DNA from: Eledone cirrhosa
Lineage: Eukaryota
DNA length: 64,000 bases
Reading direction: 5' to 3'
Assembly (NCBI GenBank): GCA_964016885.1
Contig: OZ024742.1
Coordinates: forward strand, 165,478,001 to 165,542,000
Below, one piece after another: positions 26,701 to 41,639 of the stretch. A program made the position numbers and the translations under genes. The notes beneath the pieces were generated by a model, which saw only the letters and a program-made list of their open reading frames with translations, had not been told where the DNA came from and made no database searches. How positions within the stretch are numbered: position 1 is the stretch's first letter; each line of letters opens with the position of its first letter.

Positions 26701-28829
26701 ATTATCTCCCCCTGATTTTTTTACAAATTAAAACCCCCTGATTTTTTTTACAAATTATCTCCGCCTGATTTTTTTAAATATTATCTTCCCTTGGCTGGCG
26801 GGAAATTATCTCCCCTTGGACGGCTGAAAATTATCTCCCCTTGGACGGCTGGAAATTATCTCCCCTTGATTTTTTTACAAATTATCTCCCCCTGATTTTT
26901 TTTTACAAATTATCTCCCCCTGATTTTTTTTACAAATTATCTCCCCCTGATTTTTTTTTACAAATTATCTCCCCCTGATTTTTTTTTACAAATTATCTCC
27001 CCCTGATTTTTTTACAAATTATCTCCCCTTGGCTGGCTGGAAATTATCTCCCCTTGGAGGCTGGAATTTATCTCCCCTTGGACGGCTAGAAATTACCTCT
27101 CCTTGGACGGCTGGAAAATATGTCTCCTTGGACGGCTGGATATTATCTACCCTTGGACGGCTGGAAATTATCTCCCCTTGGACGGCTGGAAATTATCTCC
27201 CCTTGGACGGCTAGATATTACCTCCCCTTGGACGGCTGGAAATTATCTCCCCTTGATTTTTTTTACAAATTATCTCCCCCTGATTTTTTTTTACGAATTA
27301 TCTCCCCCTGATTTTTTTTTAAAAATTATCTCCGCCTGATTTTTTTTAAAAATTATCTCCCCTTGAACGGCTGGAAATTATCTCCCCTTGGACGGCTGGA
27401 AATTATCTCCCCTTGGACGGCTAGAAATTACCTCTCCTTGGACGGCTGAAAATTATCTCCCCTTGGACGGCTGCAAATTATCTCCCCTTGATTTTTTTTA
27501 ACAAATTATCTCCCCCTGATTTTTTTTTACAAATTATCTCCCCCTGATTTTTTTTTACAAATTATCTACGCCTAATTTTTTTTACAAATTATCTCCCCCT
27601 GATTTTTTTTACAAATTATCTCCCCCTGATTTTTTTTACAAATTATCTCCCCCTGATTTTTTTTTACAAATTATCTCCCCCTGATTTTTTTACAAATTAT
27701 CTCCCCCCTGATTTTTTTTACAATCTCCGCCTGATTTTTTTAAAAATTATCTTCCCTTGGCTGGCAGGAAATTATCTCCCCTTGGACGGCTGAAAATTAT
27801 CTCCCCTTGGACGGCTGGAAATTATCTCCCCTTGATTTTTTTTACAAATAATCTCCCCCTGATTTTTTTTTACAAATTATCTCCCCCTGATTTTTTTTAC
27901 AAATTATCTCCCCCTGATTTTTTTTTACAAATTATCTGCCCCTGATTTTTTTTACAAATTATCTCCCCCTGATTTTTTTACAAATTATCTCCCCTTGGCT
28001 GGCTGGAAATTATCTCCCCTTGGAGGCTGGAATTTATCTCCCCTTGGACGGCTAGAAATTACCTCTCCTTGGACGGCTGGAAAATATTTCTCCTTGGACG
28101 GCTGGATATTATCTACCCTTGGACGGGTGGAAATTATCTCCCCTTGGACGGCTGGAAATTATCTCCCCTTGGACGGCTAGATATTACCTCCCCTTGGACG
28201 GCTGGAAATTATCTCCCCTTGATTTTTTTTACAAATTATCTCCCCCTGATTTTTTTTACAAATTATCTCCACCTGATTTTTTTACAAATTATCTCCCCCT
28301 GATTTTTTTTACAAATTATCTCCCCCTGATTTTTTTTACAAATTATCTCCGCCTGATTTTTTTAAATATTATCTTCCCTTGGCTGGCGGGAAATTATCTC
28401 CCCTTGGACGGCTGAAAATTATCTCCCCTTGGACGGCTGGAAATTATCTCCCCTTGATTTTTTTTACAAATTATCTCCCCCTGATTTTTTTTACAAATTA
28501 TCTCCCCCTGATTTTATGTTACAAATTATCTCCCCCTGATTTTTTTTTACAAATTATCTCCCCCTGATTTTTTTTTACAAATTATCTCCCCCTGATTTTT
28601 TTTTACAAATTATCTCACCCTGATTTTTTTTACAAATTATCTCTCCCTGATTTTTTTACAAATTATCTCCCCTTGGCTGGCTGGAAATTATCTCCCCTTG
28701 GAGGCTGGAAATTATCTCCCCTTGGACAGCTGGAAATTATCTGCCCTTGATTTTGTTTTTACAAATTATCTCCCCCTGATTTTTTAAAAAATTATCTTCC
28801 CTTGGACGGCTGGAAATTATCTCCCCTTG
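23762..28829 (+). repeat. ~5.1-kb duplicated block, copy 2 (107 bp shorter near 26.14 kb)
   Basis: Same markers as 1-5173. It lacks four whole monomers (25+29+27+26 = 107 bp). Confidence 0.92.
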
Positions 28830-31800
28830 ATTTTTTTACAAATTATCTCCCCCTGATTTTTTTTACAAATTATCTCCCCCTGATTTTATGATACAAATTA
28901 TCTCCCCCTGATTTTTTTTTACAAATTATCTCCCCCTGATTTTATGTTACAAATTATCTCCCCCTGATTTTTTTACAAATTATCTCCCCCTGATTTTTTT
29001 TACAAATTATCTCCGCCTGATTTTTTTAAATATTATCTTCCCTTGGCTGGCGGGAAATTATCTCCCCTTGGACGGCTGGAAATTATCTCCCCTTGATTTT
29101 TTTTACAAATTATCTCCCCCTGATTTTTTTTTACAAATTATCTCCCCCTGATTTTTTTTTACAAATTATCTCCCCCTGATTTTTTTTTACAAATTATCTC
29201 CCCCTGATTTTTTTTTACAAATCTCCCCCTGATTTTTTTATAAATTATCTCCCCTTGGCTGGCTGGAAATTATCTCCCCTTGGAGGCTGGAATTTATCTC
29301 CCCTTGGACGGCTAGAAATTACCTCTCCTTGGATGGCTGGAAAATATGTCTCCTTGGACGGCTGGATATTATCTACCCTTGGACGGCTGGAAATTATCTC
29401 CCCTTGGACGGCTGGAAATTATCTCCCCTTGGACGGCTAGATATTACCTCCCATTGGACGGCTGGAAATTATCTACCCTTGATTTTTTTTACAAATTATC
29501 TCCCCCTGATTTTTTTTTACGAATTATCTCCCCCTGATTTTTTTTTACAAATTATCTCCGCCTGATTTTTTTTTAAAAATTATCTCCCCTTGAACGGCTG
29601 GAAATTATCTCCCCTTGGACGGCTGGAAATTATCTCCCCTTGGACGGCTAGAAATTACCTCTCCTTGGACGGCTGAAAATTATCTCCCCTTGGACGGCTG
29701 CAAATTATCTCCCCTTGATTTTTTTAACAAATTATCTCCCCCTGATTTTTTTTTACAAATTATCTCCCCCTGATTTTTTTTACAAATTATCTACGCCTAA
29801 TTTTTTTTACAAATTATCTCCCCCTGATTTTTTTTTACAAATTATCTCCCCCTGATTTTTTTTACAAATTATCTCCCCTTGGCTGGCTGGAAATTATCTC
29901 CCCTTGGAGGCTGGAATTTATCTCCCCTTGGACGGTTAGAAATTACCTCTCCTTGGACTGCTGGAAAATATGTCTCCTTGGACGGCTGGAAATTATCTCC
30001 CCTTGGACGGCTGGAAATTATCTCCCCTTGGACGGCTGGAAATTATCTCTCCTCGGACGACTAGAAATTACCTCTCCTTGGACAGCTGAAAATTATCTCC
30101 CCTTGGACGGCTGGAAATTATCTCCCCTTGATTTTTTTTACAAATTATCTCCCCCTGATTTATTTTACAAATTATCTCCCCCTGATTTTTTTTTACAAAT
30201 TATCTCCCCCTGATTTTTTTTACAAATTATCTCCCCCTGATATTTTTTACAAATTATCTCCCCCTGATTTTTTTACAAATTATCTCCCCTTGGCTGGCTG
30301 GAAATTATCTACCCTTGGAGGCTGGAATTTATCTCCCCTTGGACGGCTAGAAATTACCTCGCCTTGGACGGCTGGAAAATATGTCTCCTTGGACGGCTGG
30401 AAATTATCTCCCCTTGGACGGCTGGAAATTATCTCCCCTTGGACGGCTGGAAATTATCTCCCCTTGGACGGCTAGATATTACCTCCCCTTGGACGGCTGG
30501 AAATTATCTCCCCTTGATTTTTTTTACAAATTATCTCCCCCTGATTTTTTTTTACAAATTATCTCCCCCTGATTTTTTTTTACGAAGTATCTCCCCCTGA
30601 TTTTTTTTTACAAATTATCTCCGCCTGATTTTTTTTTAAAAATTATCTCCCCTTGAACGGCTGGAAATTATCTCCCCTTGGACGGCTGGAAATTATCTCC
30701 CCTTGGACGGCTAGAAATTACCTCTCCTTGGACGGCTGAAAATTATCTCCCATTGGACGGCTGCAAATTATCTCCCCTTGATTTTTTAACAAATTATCTC
30801 CCCCTGATTTTTTTTTACAAATTATCTCCCCCTGATTTTTTTTTACAAATTATCTACGCCTAATTTTTTTTACAAATTATCTCCCCCTGATTTTTTTTTA
30901 CAAATTATCTCCCCCTGATTTTTTTTACAAATTATCTCCCCCTGATTTTTTTTTACAAATTATTTCCCCCTGATTTTTTTACAAATTATCTCCCCCCTGA
31001 TTTTTTTTACAATCTCCGCCTGATTTTTTTAAAAATTATCTTCCCTTGGCTGGCGGGAAATTATCTCCCCTTGGACGGCTGGAAATTATATCCCCTTGGA
31101 AGGATGGAAATTATCTCCCCTTGGACGGCTGGAAATTATCTCCCCTTGGACGGCTGGAAATTATCTCCCCTTGGACAGCTGGAAATTATCTGTCCTTGAT
31201 TTTGTTTTTACAAATTATCTCCCCCTGATTTTTTTTACAAATTATCTCCACCTGATTTTTTAAAAAATTATCTCCCCTTGGACGGCTGGAAATTATCTCC
31301 CCTTGATTTTTTTTACAAATTATCTCCCCCTGATTTTTTTTTACAAATTATCTCCCCCTGATTTTTTTTTACAAATTATCTCCCCCTGATTTTTTTTTAC
31401 AAATTATCTCACCCTGATTTTTTTTACAAATTATCTCTCCCTGATTTTTTTACAAATTATCTCCCCTTGGCTGGCTGGAAATTATCTCCCCTTGGAGGCT
31501 GGAATTTATCTCCCCTTGGACGGCTAGAAATTACCTCTCCTTGGACGGCTGGAAAATATGTCTCCTTGGACGGCTGGATATTATCTACCCGTGGACGGCT
31601 GGAAATTATCTCCCCTTGGACGGCTGGAAATTATCTCCTCTTGGACGGCTAGATATTACCTCCCCTTGGACGGCTGGAAATTATCTCCCCTTGATTTTTT
31701 TACAAATTATCTCCCCCTGATTTTTTTACAAATTATCTCCCCCTGATTTTTTTTACAAATTATCTCCGCCTAATTTTTTTAAATATTATCTTCCCTTGGC

Positions 31801-32199
31801 TGGCGGGAAATTATCTCCCCTTGGACGGCTGAAAATTATCTCCCCTTGGACGGCTGGAAATTATCTCCCCTTGATTTTTTTTACAAATTATCTCCCCCTG
31901 ATTTTTTTTTACAAATTATCTCCCCCTGATTTTTTTTACAAATTATCTCCCCCTGATTTTTTTACAAATTATCTCCCCTTGGCTGGCTGGAAATTATCTC
32001 CCCTTGGAGGCTGGAATTTATCTCCCCTTGGACGGCTAGAAATTACCTCTCCTTGGAAGGCTGGAAAATATGTCCTTGGACGGCTGGATATTATCTACCC
32101 TTGGACGGCTGGAAATTATCTCCCCTTGGACGGCTGGAAATTATCTCCCCTTGGACGGCTAGATATTACCTCCCATTGGACGGCTGGAAATTATCTCCC

Positions 32200-35100
32200 C
32201 TTGATTTTTTTTACAAACTATCTCCCCCTGATTTTTTTTTACGAATTATCTCCCCCTGATTTTTTTTTACAAATTATCTCCGCCTGATTTTTTTTTTTAA
32301 ATTATCTCCCCTTGAACGGCTGGAAATTATCTCCCCTTGGACGGCTGGAAATTATCTCCCCTTGGACGGCTAGAAATTACCTCTCCTTGGACGGCTGAAA
32401 ATTATCTCCCCTTGGACGGCTGCAAATTATCTCCCCTTGATTTTTTTAACAAATTATCTCCCCCTGATTTTTTTTTACAAATTATCTCCCCCTGATTTTT
32501 TTTTACAAATTATCTACGCCTAATTTTTTTTACAAATTATCTCCCCCTGATTTTTTTTTACAAATTATCTCCCCCTGATTTTTTTTACAAATTATCTCCC
32601 CCTGATTTTTTTTACAAATTATCTCCCCCTGATTTTTTTACAAATTATCTCCCCCCTGATTTTTTTTACAATCTCCGCCTGATTTTTTTAAAAATTATCT
32701 TCCCTTGGCTGGCGGGAAATTATCTCCCCTTGGACGGCTGGAAATTATATCCCCTTGGAAGGATGGAAATTATCTCCCCTTGGACGGCTGGAAATTATCT
32801 CCCCTTGGACGGCTGGAAATTACCTCCCCTTGGACAGCTGGAAATTATCTGCCCTTGATTTTGTTTTTACAAATTATCTCCCCCTGATTTTTTTTACAAA
32901 TTATCTCCACCTGATTTTTTAAAAAATTATCTCCCCTTGGACGGCTGGAAATTATCTCCCCTTGGACGGCTGGAAATTATCTCCCCTTGATTTTTTTTAC
33001 AAATTATCTCCCCCTGATTTTTTTTTACAAATTATCTCCCCCTGATTTTTTTTTACAAATTATCTACCCCTGATTTTTTTTTACAAATTATCTCCCCCTG
33101 ATTTTTTTTACAAATTATCTCTCCCTGATTTTTTTTTACAAATTATCTCCCCCTGATTTTTTTTTACAAATTGTCTACCCCTGATTTTTTTTTACAAATT
33201 ATCTCCCCCTGATTTTTTTTACAAATTATCTCCCCCTGATTTTTTTTACAAATTATCTCCCCCTGATTTTTTTACAAATTATCTCCCCCCGATTTTTTTT
33301 ACAAATTATCTCCGCCTAATTTTTTTAAATATTATCTTCCCTTGGCTGGCGGGAAATTATCTCCCCTTGGACGGCTGAAAATTATCTCCCCTTGGACGGC
33401 TGGAAATTATCTCCCCTTGATTTTTTTACAAATTATCTCCCCCTGATTATTTTTTACAAATTATCTCCCCCTGATTTTTTTTTACAAATTATCTCCCTCT
33501 GATTTTTTTTACAAATTATCTCCCCTTGGCTGGCTGGAAATTATCTCCCCTTGGAGGCTGGAATTTATCTCCACTTGGACGGTTAGAAATTACCTCTCCT
33601 TGGACTGCTGGAAAATATGTCTCCTTGGACGGCTGGAAATTATCTCCCCTTGGACGGCTGGAAATTATCTCCCCTTGGACGGCTGGAAATTATCTCTCCT
33701 CGGACGACTAGAAATTACCTCTCCTTGGACAGCTGAAAATTATCTCCCCTTGGACGGCTGGAAATTATCTCCCCTTGATTTTTTTTACAAATTATCTCCC
33801 CCCGATTTTTTTTTACAAATTATCTCCCCCTGATTTTTTTTTACAAATTATCTCCCCCTGATTTTTTTTACAAATTATCTCCCCCTGATATTTTTTACAA
33901 ATTATCTCCCCCTGATTTTTTTACAAATTATCTCCCCTTGGCTGGCTGGAAATTATCTCCCCTTGGAGGCTGGAATTTATCTCCCCTTGGACGGCTAGAA
34001 ATTACCTCGCCTTGGACGGCTGGAAAATATGTCTCCTTGGACGGCTGGAAATTATCTCCCCTTGGACGGCTGGAAATTATCTCCCCTTGGACGGCTGGAA
34101 ATTATCTCCCCTTGGACGGCTAGATATTACCTCCCCTTGGACGGCTGGAAATTATCTCCCCTTGATTTTTTTTACAAATTACCTCCCCCTGATTTTTTTT
34201 TACAAATTATCTCCCCCTGATTTTTTTTTACGAATTATCTCCCCCTGATTTTTTTTTACAAATTATCTCCGCCTGATTTTTTTTTTAAAATTATCTCCCC
34301 TTGAACGGCTGGAAATTATCTCCCCTTGGACGGCTGGAAATTATCTCCCCTTGGACGGCTAGAAATTACCTCTCCTTGGACGGCTGAAAATTATCTCCCC
34401 TTGGACGGCTGCAAATTATCTCCCCTTGATTTTTTTAACAAATTATCTCCCCCTGATTTTTTTTTACAAATTATCTCCCCCTGATTTTTTTTTACAAATT
34501 ATCTACGCCTAATTTTTTTTACAAATTATCTCCCCCTGATTTTTTTTTACAAATTATCTCCCCCTGATTTTTTTTACAAATTATCTCCCCCTGATTTTTT
34601 TTACAAATTATCTCCCCCTGATTTTTTTACAAATTATCTCCCCCCTGATTTTTTTTACAATCTCCGCCTGATTTTTTTAAAAATTATCTTCCCTTGGCTG
34701 GCGGGAAATTATCTCCCCTTGGACGGCTGGAAATTATATCCCCTTGGAAGGATGGAAATTATCTCCCCTTGGACGGCTGGAAATTATCTCCCCTTGGACG
34801 GCTGGAAATTACCTCCCCTTGGACAGCTGGAAATTATCTGCCCTTGATTTTGTTTTTACAAATTATCTCCCCCTGATTTTTTTTACAAATTATCTCCACC
34901 TGATTTTTTAAAAAATTATCTCCCCTTGGACGGCTGGAAATTATCTCCCCTTGGACGGCTGGAAATTATCTCCCCTTGATTTTTTTTATAAATTATCTCC
35001 CCCTGATTTTTTTTTACAAATTATCTCCCCCTGATTTTTTTTTACAAATTATCTACCCCTGATTTTTTTTTACAAATTATCTCCCCCTGATTTTTTTTAC

Positions 35101-36700
35101 AAATTATCTCTCCCTGATTTTTTTTTACAAATTATCTCCCCCTGATTTTTTTTTACAAATTATCTACCCCTGATTTTTTTTTACAAATTATCTCCCCCTG
35201 ATTTTTTTTACAAATTATCTCCCCCTGATTTTTTTTACAAATTATCTCCCCCTGATTTTCTTTACAAATTATCTCCCCCCGATTTTTTTTACAAATTATC
35301 TCCGCCTAATTTTTTTAAATATTATCTTCCCTTGGCTGGCGGGAAATTATCTCCCCTTGGACGGCTGAAAATTATCTCCCCTTGGACGGCTGGAAATTAT
35401 CTCCCCTTGATTTTTTTACAAATTATCTCCCCCTGATTATTTTTTACAAATTATCTCCCCCTGATTTTTTTTTACAAATTATCTCCCTCTGATTTTTTTT
35501 ACAAATTATCTCCCCTTGGCTGGCTGGAAATTATCTCCCCTTGGAGGCTGGAATTTATCTCCACTTGGACGGTTAGAAATTACCTCTCCTTGGACTGCTG
35601 GAAAATATGTCTCCTTGGACGGCTGGAAATTATCTCCCCTTGGACGGCTGGAAATTATCTCCCCTTGGACGGCTGGAAATTATCTCTCCTCGGACGACTA
35701 GAAATTACCTCTCCTTGGACAGCTGAAAATTATCTCCCCTTGGACGGCTGGAAATTATCTCCCCTTGATTTTTTTTACAAATTATCTCCCCCCGATTTTT
35801 TTTTACAAATTATCTCCCCCTGATTTTTTTTTACAAATTATCTCCCCCTGATTTTTTTTACAAATTATCTCCCCCTGATATTTTTTACAAATTATCTCCC
35901 CCTGATTTTTTTACAAATTATCTACCCTTGGCTGGCTGGAAATTATCTCCCCTTGGAGGCTGGAATTTATCTCCCCTTGGACGGCTAGAAATTACCTCGC
36001 CTTGGACGGCTGGAAAATATGTCTCCTTGGACGGCTGGAAATTATCTCCCCTTGGACGGCTGGAAATTATCTCCCCTTGGACGGCTGGAAATTATCTCCC
36101 CTTGGACGGCTAGATATTACCTCCCCTTGGACGGCTGGAAATTATCTCCCCTTGATTTTTTTTACAAATTACCTCCCCCTGATTTTTTTTTACAAATTAT
36201 CTCCCCCTGATTTTTTTTTACGAATTATCTCCCCCTGATTTTTTTTTACAAATTATCTCCGCCTGATTTTTTTTTTAAAATTATCTCCCCTTGAACGGCT
36301 GGAAATTATCTCCCCTTGGACGGCTGGAAATTATCTCCCCTTGGACGGCTAGAAATTACCTCTCCTTGGACGGCTGAAAATTATCTCCCCTTGGACGGCT
36401 GCAAATTATCTCCCCTTGATTTTTTAACAAATTATCTCCCCCTGATTTTTTTTTACAAATTATCTCCCCCTGATTTTTTTTTACAAATTATCTACGCCTA
36501 ATTTTTTTTACAAATTATCTCCCCCTGATTTTTTTTTACAAATTATCTCCCCCTGATTTTTTTTACAAATTATCTCCCCCTGATTTTTTTTTACAAATTA
36601 TTTCCCCCTGATTTTTTTACAAATTATCTCCCCCCTGATTTTTTTTACAATCTCCGCCTGATTTTTTTAAAAATTATCTTGCCTTGGCTGGCGGGAAATT
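32200..36700 (+). repeat. Tandem duplication, ~1990-bp unit x~2.2
   Basis: ORFs 32705/34694, 33526/35516, 33938/35928. ACGAATT at 32241, 34230 and 36220. Shared CTCCACTTGG and AAATTACCTCCCCCTGA variants. Confidence 0.9.
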
Positions 36701-37874
36701 ATCTCCCCTTGGACGGCTGGAAATTATATCCCCTTGGACGGCTGGAAATTACCTCCCCTTGGACAGCTGGAAATTATCTGCCCTTGATTTTGTTTTTACA
36801 AATTATCTCCCCCTGATTTTTTTTACAAATTATCTCCACCTGATTTTTTAAAAAATTATCTCCCCTTGGACGGCTGGAAATTATCTCCCCTTGATTTTTT
36901 TACAAATTATCTCCCCCTGATTTTTTTTACAAATTATCTCCCCCTGATTTTTTTTTACAAATTATCTCCCCCTGATTTTTTGACAAATTATCTCCCCCTG
37001 ATTTTTTTTACAAATTATCTCCGCCTGATTTTTTTAAATATTATCTTCCCTTGGCTGGCGGGAAATTATCTCCCCTTGGACGGCTGAAAATTATCTCCCC
37101 TTGGACGGCTGGAAATTATCTCCCCTTGATTTTTTTTACAAATTATCTCCCCCTGATTTTTTTTTACAAATTATCTCCCCCTGATTTTTTTTTACAAATT
37201 ATCTCCCCCTGATTTTTTTTTACAAATTATCTGCCCCTGATTTTTTTTACAAATTATCTCCCCCTGATTTTTTTACAAATTATCTCCCCTTGGCTGGCTG
37301 GAAATTATCTCCCCTTGGAGGCTGGAATTTATCTCCCCTTGGACGGCTAGAAATTACCTCTCCTTGGACGGCTGGAAAATATTTCTCCTTGGACGGCTGG
37401 ATATTATCTACCCTTGTACGGGTGGAAATTATCTCCCCTTGGACGGCTGGAAATTATCTCCCCTTGGACGGCTAGATATTACCTCCCCTTGGACGACTGG
37501 AAATTATCTCCCCTTGATTTTTTTTACAAATTATCTCCCCCTGATTTTTTTTTTACAAATTATCTCCCCCTGATTTTTTTACAAATTATCTCCCCCTGAT
37601 TTTTTTTACAAATTATCTCCGCCTGATTTTTTAAAATATTATCTTCTCTTGGCTGGCGGGAAATTATCTCCCCTTGGACGGCTGAAAATTATCTCCCCTT
37701 GGACGGCTGGAAATTATCTCCCCTTGATTTTTTTTACAAATTTTCTCCCCCTGATTTTTTTTTACAAATTATCTCCCCCTGATTTTTTTTTACAAATTAT
37801 CTCCCCCTGATTTTTTTTTACAAATTATCTCCCCCTGATTTTTTTTACAAATTATCTCCCCCTGATTTTTCTAC

Positions 37875-38830
37875 AAATTATCTCCCCTTGGCTGGCTGGA
37901 AATTATCTCCCCTTGGACACTGTAAATTATAGCCCCTTGGAGGGCTGGAAATTATCTTACCTTGGACGGCTGGAAATTATCTCTGCTTGATTTTTTTTAC
38001 AAATTATCTCCCCCTGATTTTTTTTTACAAATTATCCCCCCCGATTTTTTTTACAAATTATCTCCCCCTGATTTTTTTTACAAATTATCTCCCCTTGGAC
38101 GGCTGGAAATTATCTCCCCTTGGACGGCTGGAAATTATCTCTCCTTGGACGGCTAGAAATTACCTCTCCTTGGACGACTGAAAATTATCTCCCCTTGGAC
38201 GGCTGCAAATTATCTCCCCTTGATTTCTTTTACAAATTATCTCCGCCTGATTTTTTTTTTAAAATTATCTCCCCTTGGACGGCTGGAAATTACCTCCCCT
38301 TGGACGGCTGGAAATTATCTCCCCTTGGACGGCTAGAAATTACCTCTCATTGGACGGCTGAAAATTATCTCCCCTTGGACGGCTGGAAATTATCTCCCCT
38401 TGATTTTTTTTACAAATTATCTCCCCCTGATTTTTTTTTTACAAATTATCTCCGCCTGATTTTTTTTTTAAATTATCTCTCCTTGGACGGCTGGATATTA
38501 TCTCCCCTTTCATTTTTTTTACAAATTATCTCCCCCTGATTTTTTTTTACAAATTATCTCCCCCTGATTTTTTTTTACAAATTATCTACCCCTAATTTTT
38601 TTTTACAAATTATCTCCCCCTGATTTTTTTTACAAATTATCTCCCCCTGATTTTTTTTTTACAAATTATCTCCCCCTGATTTTTTTACAAATTATCTCCC
38701 CCTGATTTTTTTTACAAATTATCTCCGCCTGATTTTTTTAAATATTATCTTCTCTTGGCTGGCGGGAAATTATCTCCCCTTGGACGGCTGAAAATTATCT
38801 CCCCTTGGACGGCTGGAAATTATCTCCCCT
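37875..38830 (+). repeat. Diverged-monomer island, copy 1
   Basis: GGACACTG, TTATAGCCCC, GGAGGGCTGG, TCTCTGCTTGA, ACCTCTCATTGG, CCCCTTTCATTT. Offset 13274 to the copy at 51.15 kb. Confidence 0.88.
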
Positions 38831-39230
38831 TGATTTTTTTTACAAATTATCTCCCCCTGATTTTTTTTTACAAATTATCTCCCCCTGATTTTTTTTACAA
38901 ATTATCTCCCCCTGATTTTTTTTTACAAATTATCTCCCCCTGATTTTTTTTTACAAATTATCTACCCCTGATTTTTTTTTACAAATTATCTCCCCCTGAT
39001 TTTTTTTACAAATTATCTCTCCCTGATTTTTTTTTACAAATTATCTCCCCCTGATTTTTTTTTACAAATTATCTACCCCTGATTTTTTTTTTACAAATTA
39101 TCTCCCCCTGATTTTTTTTACAAATTATTTCCCCCTGATTTTTTTTACAAATTATCTCCCCCTGATTTTTTTACAAATTATCTCCCCCCGATTTTTTTTA
39201 CAAATTATCTCCGCCTAATTTTTTAAAATA
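38817..39230 (+). repeat. Longest pure B-monomer run noticed (15 units)
   Basis: 15 consecutive units of core-TGA-Tn-AC type (the last is the CCGCCTAA variant), including TCTACCCC and TCTCTCCC variants. Confidence 0.88.
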
Positions 39231-41639
39231 TTATCTTCCCTTGGCTGGCGGGAAATTATCTCCCCTTGGACGGCTGAAAATTATCTCCCCTTGGACGGCT
39301 GGAAATTATCTCCCCTTGATTTTTTTACAAATTATCTCCCCTTGATTATTTTTTACAAATTATCTCCCCCTGATTTTTTTTTACAAATTATCTCCCTCTG
39401 ATTTTTTTTACAAATTATCTCCCCTTGGCTGGCTGGAAATTATCTCCCCTTGGAGGCTGGAATTTATCTCCCCTTGGACGGTTAGAAATTACCTCTCCTT
39501 GGACTGCTGGAAAATATGTCTCCTTGGACGGCTGGAAATTATCTCCCCTGGGACGGCTGGAAATTATCTCCCCTTGGACGGCTGGAAATTATCTCTCCTC
39601 GGACGACTAGAAATTACCTCTCCTTGGACAGCTGAAAATTATCTCCCCTTGGACGGCTGGAAATTATCTCCCCTTGATTTTTTTTACAAATTATCTCCCT
39701 CTGATTTTTTTTTACAAATTATCTCCCCCTGATTTTATTTTACAAATTATCTCCCCCTGATTTTTTTTACAAATTATCTGCCCCTGATATTTTTTACAAA
39801 TTATCTCCCCCTGATTTTTTTTACAAATTATCTCCCCTTGGCTGGCTGGAAATTATCTCCCCTTGGAGGCTGGAATTTATCTCCCCTTGGACGGCTAGAA
39901 ATTACCTCGCCTTGGACGGCTGGAAAATATGTCTCCTTGGACGGCTGGAAATTATCTCCCCTTGGACGGCTGGAAATTATCTCCCCTTGGACGGCTAGAT
40001 ATTACCTCCCCTTGGACGGCTGGAAATTATCTCCCCTTGATTTTTTTTACAAATTATCTCCCCCTGATTTTTTTTTACAAATTATCTCCCCCTGATTTTT
40101 TTTACAAATTATCTCCCCCTGATTTTTTTACAAATTATCTCCCCCCGATTTTTTTTACAAATTATATCCGCCTAATTTTTTTAAATATTATCTTCCCTTG
40201 GCTGGCGGGAAATTATCTCCCCTTGGACGGCTGAAAATTATCTCCCCTTGGACGGCTGGAAATTATCTCCCCTTGATTTTTTTACAAATTATCTCCCCCT
40301 GATTTTTTTTACAAATTATCTCCCCCTGATATTTTTTACAAATTATCTCCCCCTGATTTTTTTACAAATTATCTCCCCTTGGCTGGCTGGAAATTATCTC
40401 CCCTTGGAGGCTGGAATTTATCTCCCCTTGGACGGCTAGAAATTACCTCCCCTTGGACGGCTGGAAATTATCTCCCCTTGGACGGCTAGATATTACCTCC
40501 CCTTGGACGGCTGGAAATTATCTCCCCTTGATTTTTTTTACAATTTATCTCCCCCTGATTTTTTTTTACAAATTATCTCCCCCTGATTTTTTTTACAAAT
40601 TATCTCCCCCTGATTTTTTTACAAATTATCTCCCCTTGGCTGGCTGGAAATTATCTCCCCTTGGAGGCTGGAATTTATCTCCCCTTGGACGGCTAGAAAT
40701 TACCTCTCCTTGGACGGCTGGAAAATATGTCTCCTTGGACGGCTGGATATTATCTACCCTTGGACGGCTGGAAATTATCTCCCCTTGGACGGCTGGAAAT
40801 TATCTCCCCTTGGACGGCTAGATATTACCTCCCCTTGGACGGCTGGAAATTATCTCCCCTTGATTTTTTTACAAATTATCTCCCCCTGATTTTTTTTACA
40901 AATTATCTCCGCCTAATTTTTTTAAATATTATCTTCCCTTGGCTGGCGGGAAATTATCTCCCCTTGGACGGCTGAAAATTATCTCCCCTTGGACGGCTGG
41001 AAATTATCTCCCCTTGATTTTTTTTACAAATTATCTCCCCCTGATTTTTTTTTACAAATTATCTCCCCCTGATTTTTTTTACAAATTATCTCCCCCTGAT
41101 TTTTTTACAAATTATCTCCCCTTGGCTGGCTGGAAATTATCTCCCCTTGGAGGCTGGAATTTATCTCCCCTTGGTCGGCTAGAAATTACCTCTCCTTGGA
41201 CGGCTGGAAAATATGTCCTTGGACGGCTGGATATTATCTACCCTTGGACGGCTGGAAATAATCTCCCCTTGGACGGCTGGAAATTATCTCCCCTTGGACG
41301 GCTAGATATTACCTCCCCTTGGACGGCTGGAAATTATCTCCCCTTGATTTTTTTTACAATTTATCTCCCCCTGATTTTTTTTTACAAATTATCTCCCCCT
41401 GATTTTTTTTTACGAATTATCTCCCCCTGATTTTTTTTTACAAATTATCTCCGCCTGATTTTTTTTTAAAAATTATCTCCCCTTGAACGGCTGGAAATTA
41501 TCTCCCCTTGGACGGCTGGAAATTATCTCCCCTTGGACGGCTAGAAATTACCTCTCCTTGGACGGCTGAAAATTATCTCCCCTTGGACGGCTGGAAATTA
41601 TCTCCCCTTGATTTTTTAACAAATTATCTCCCCCTGATT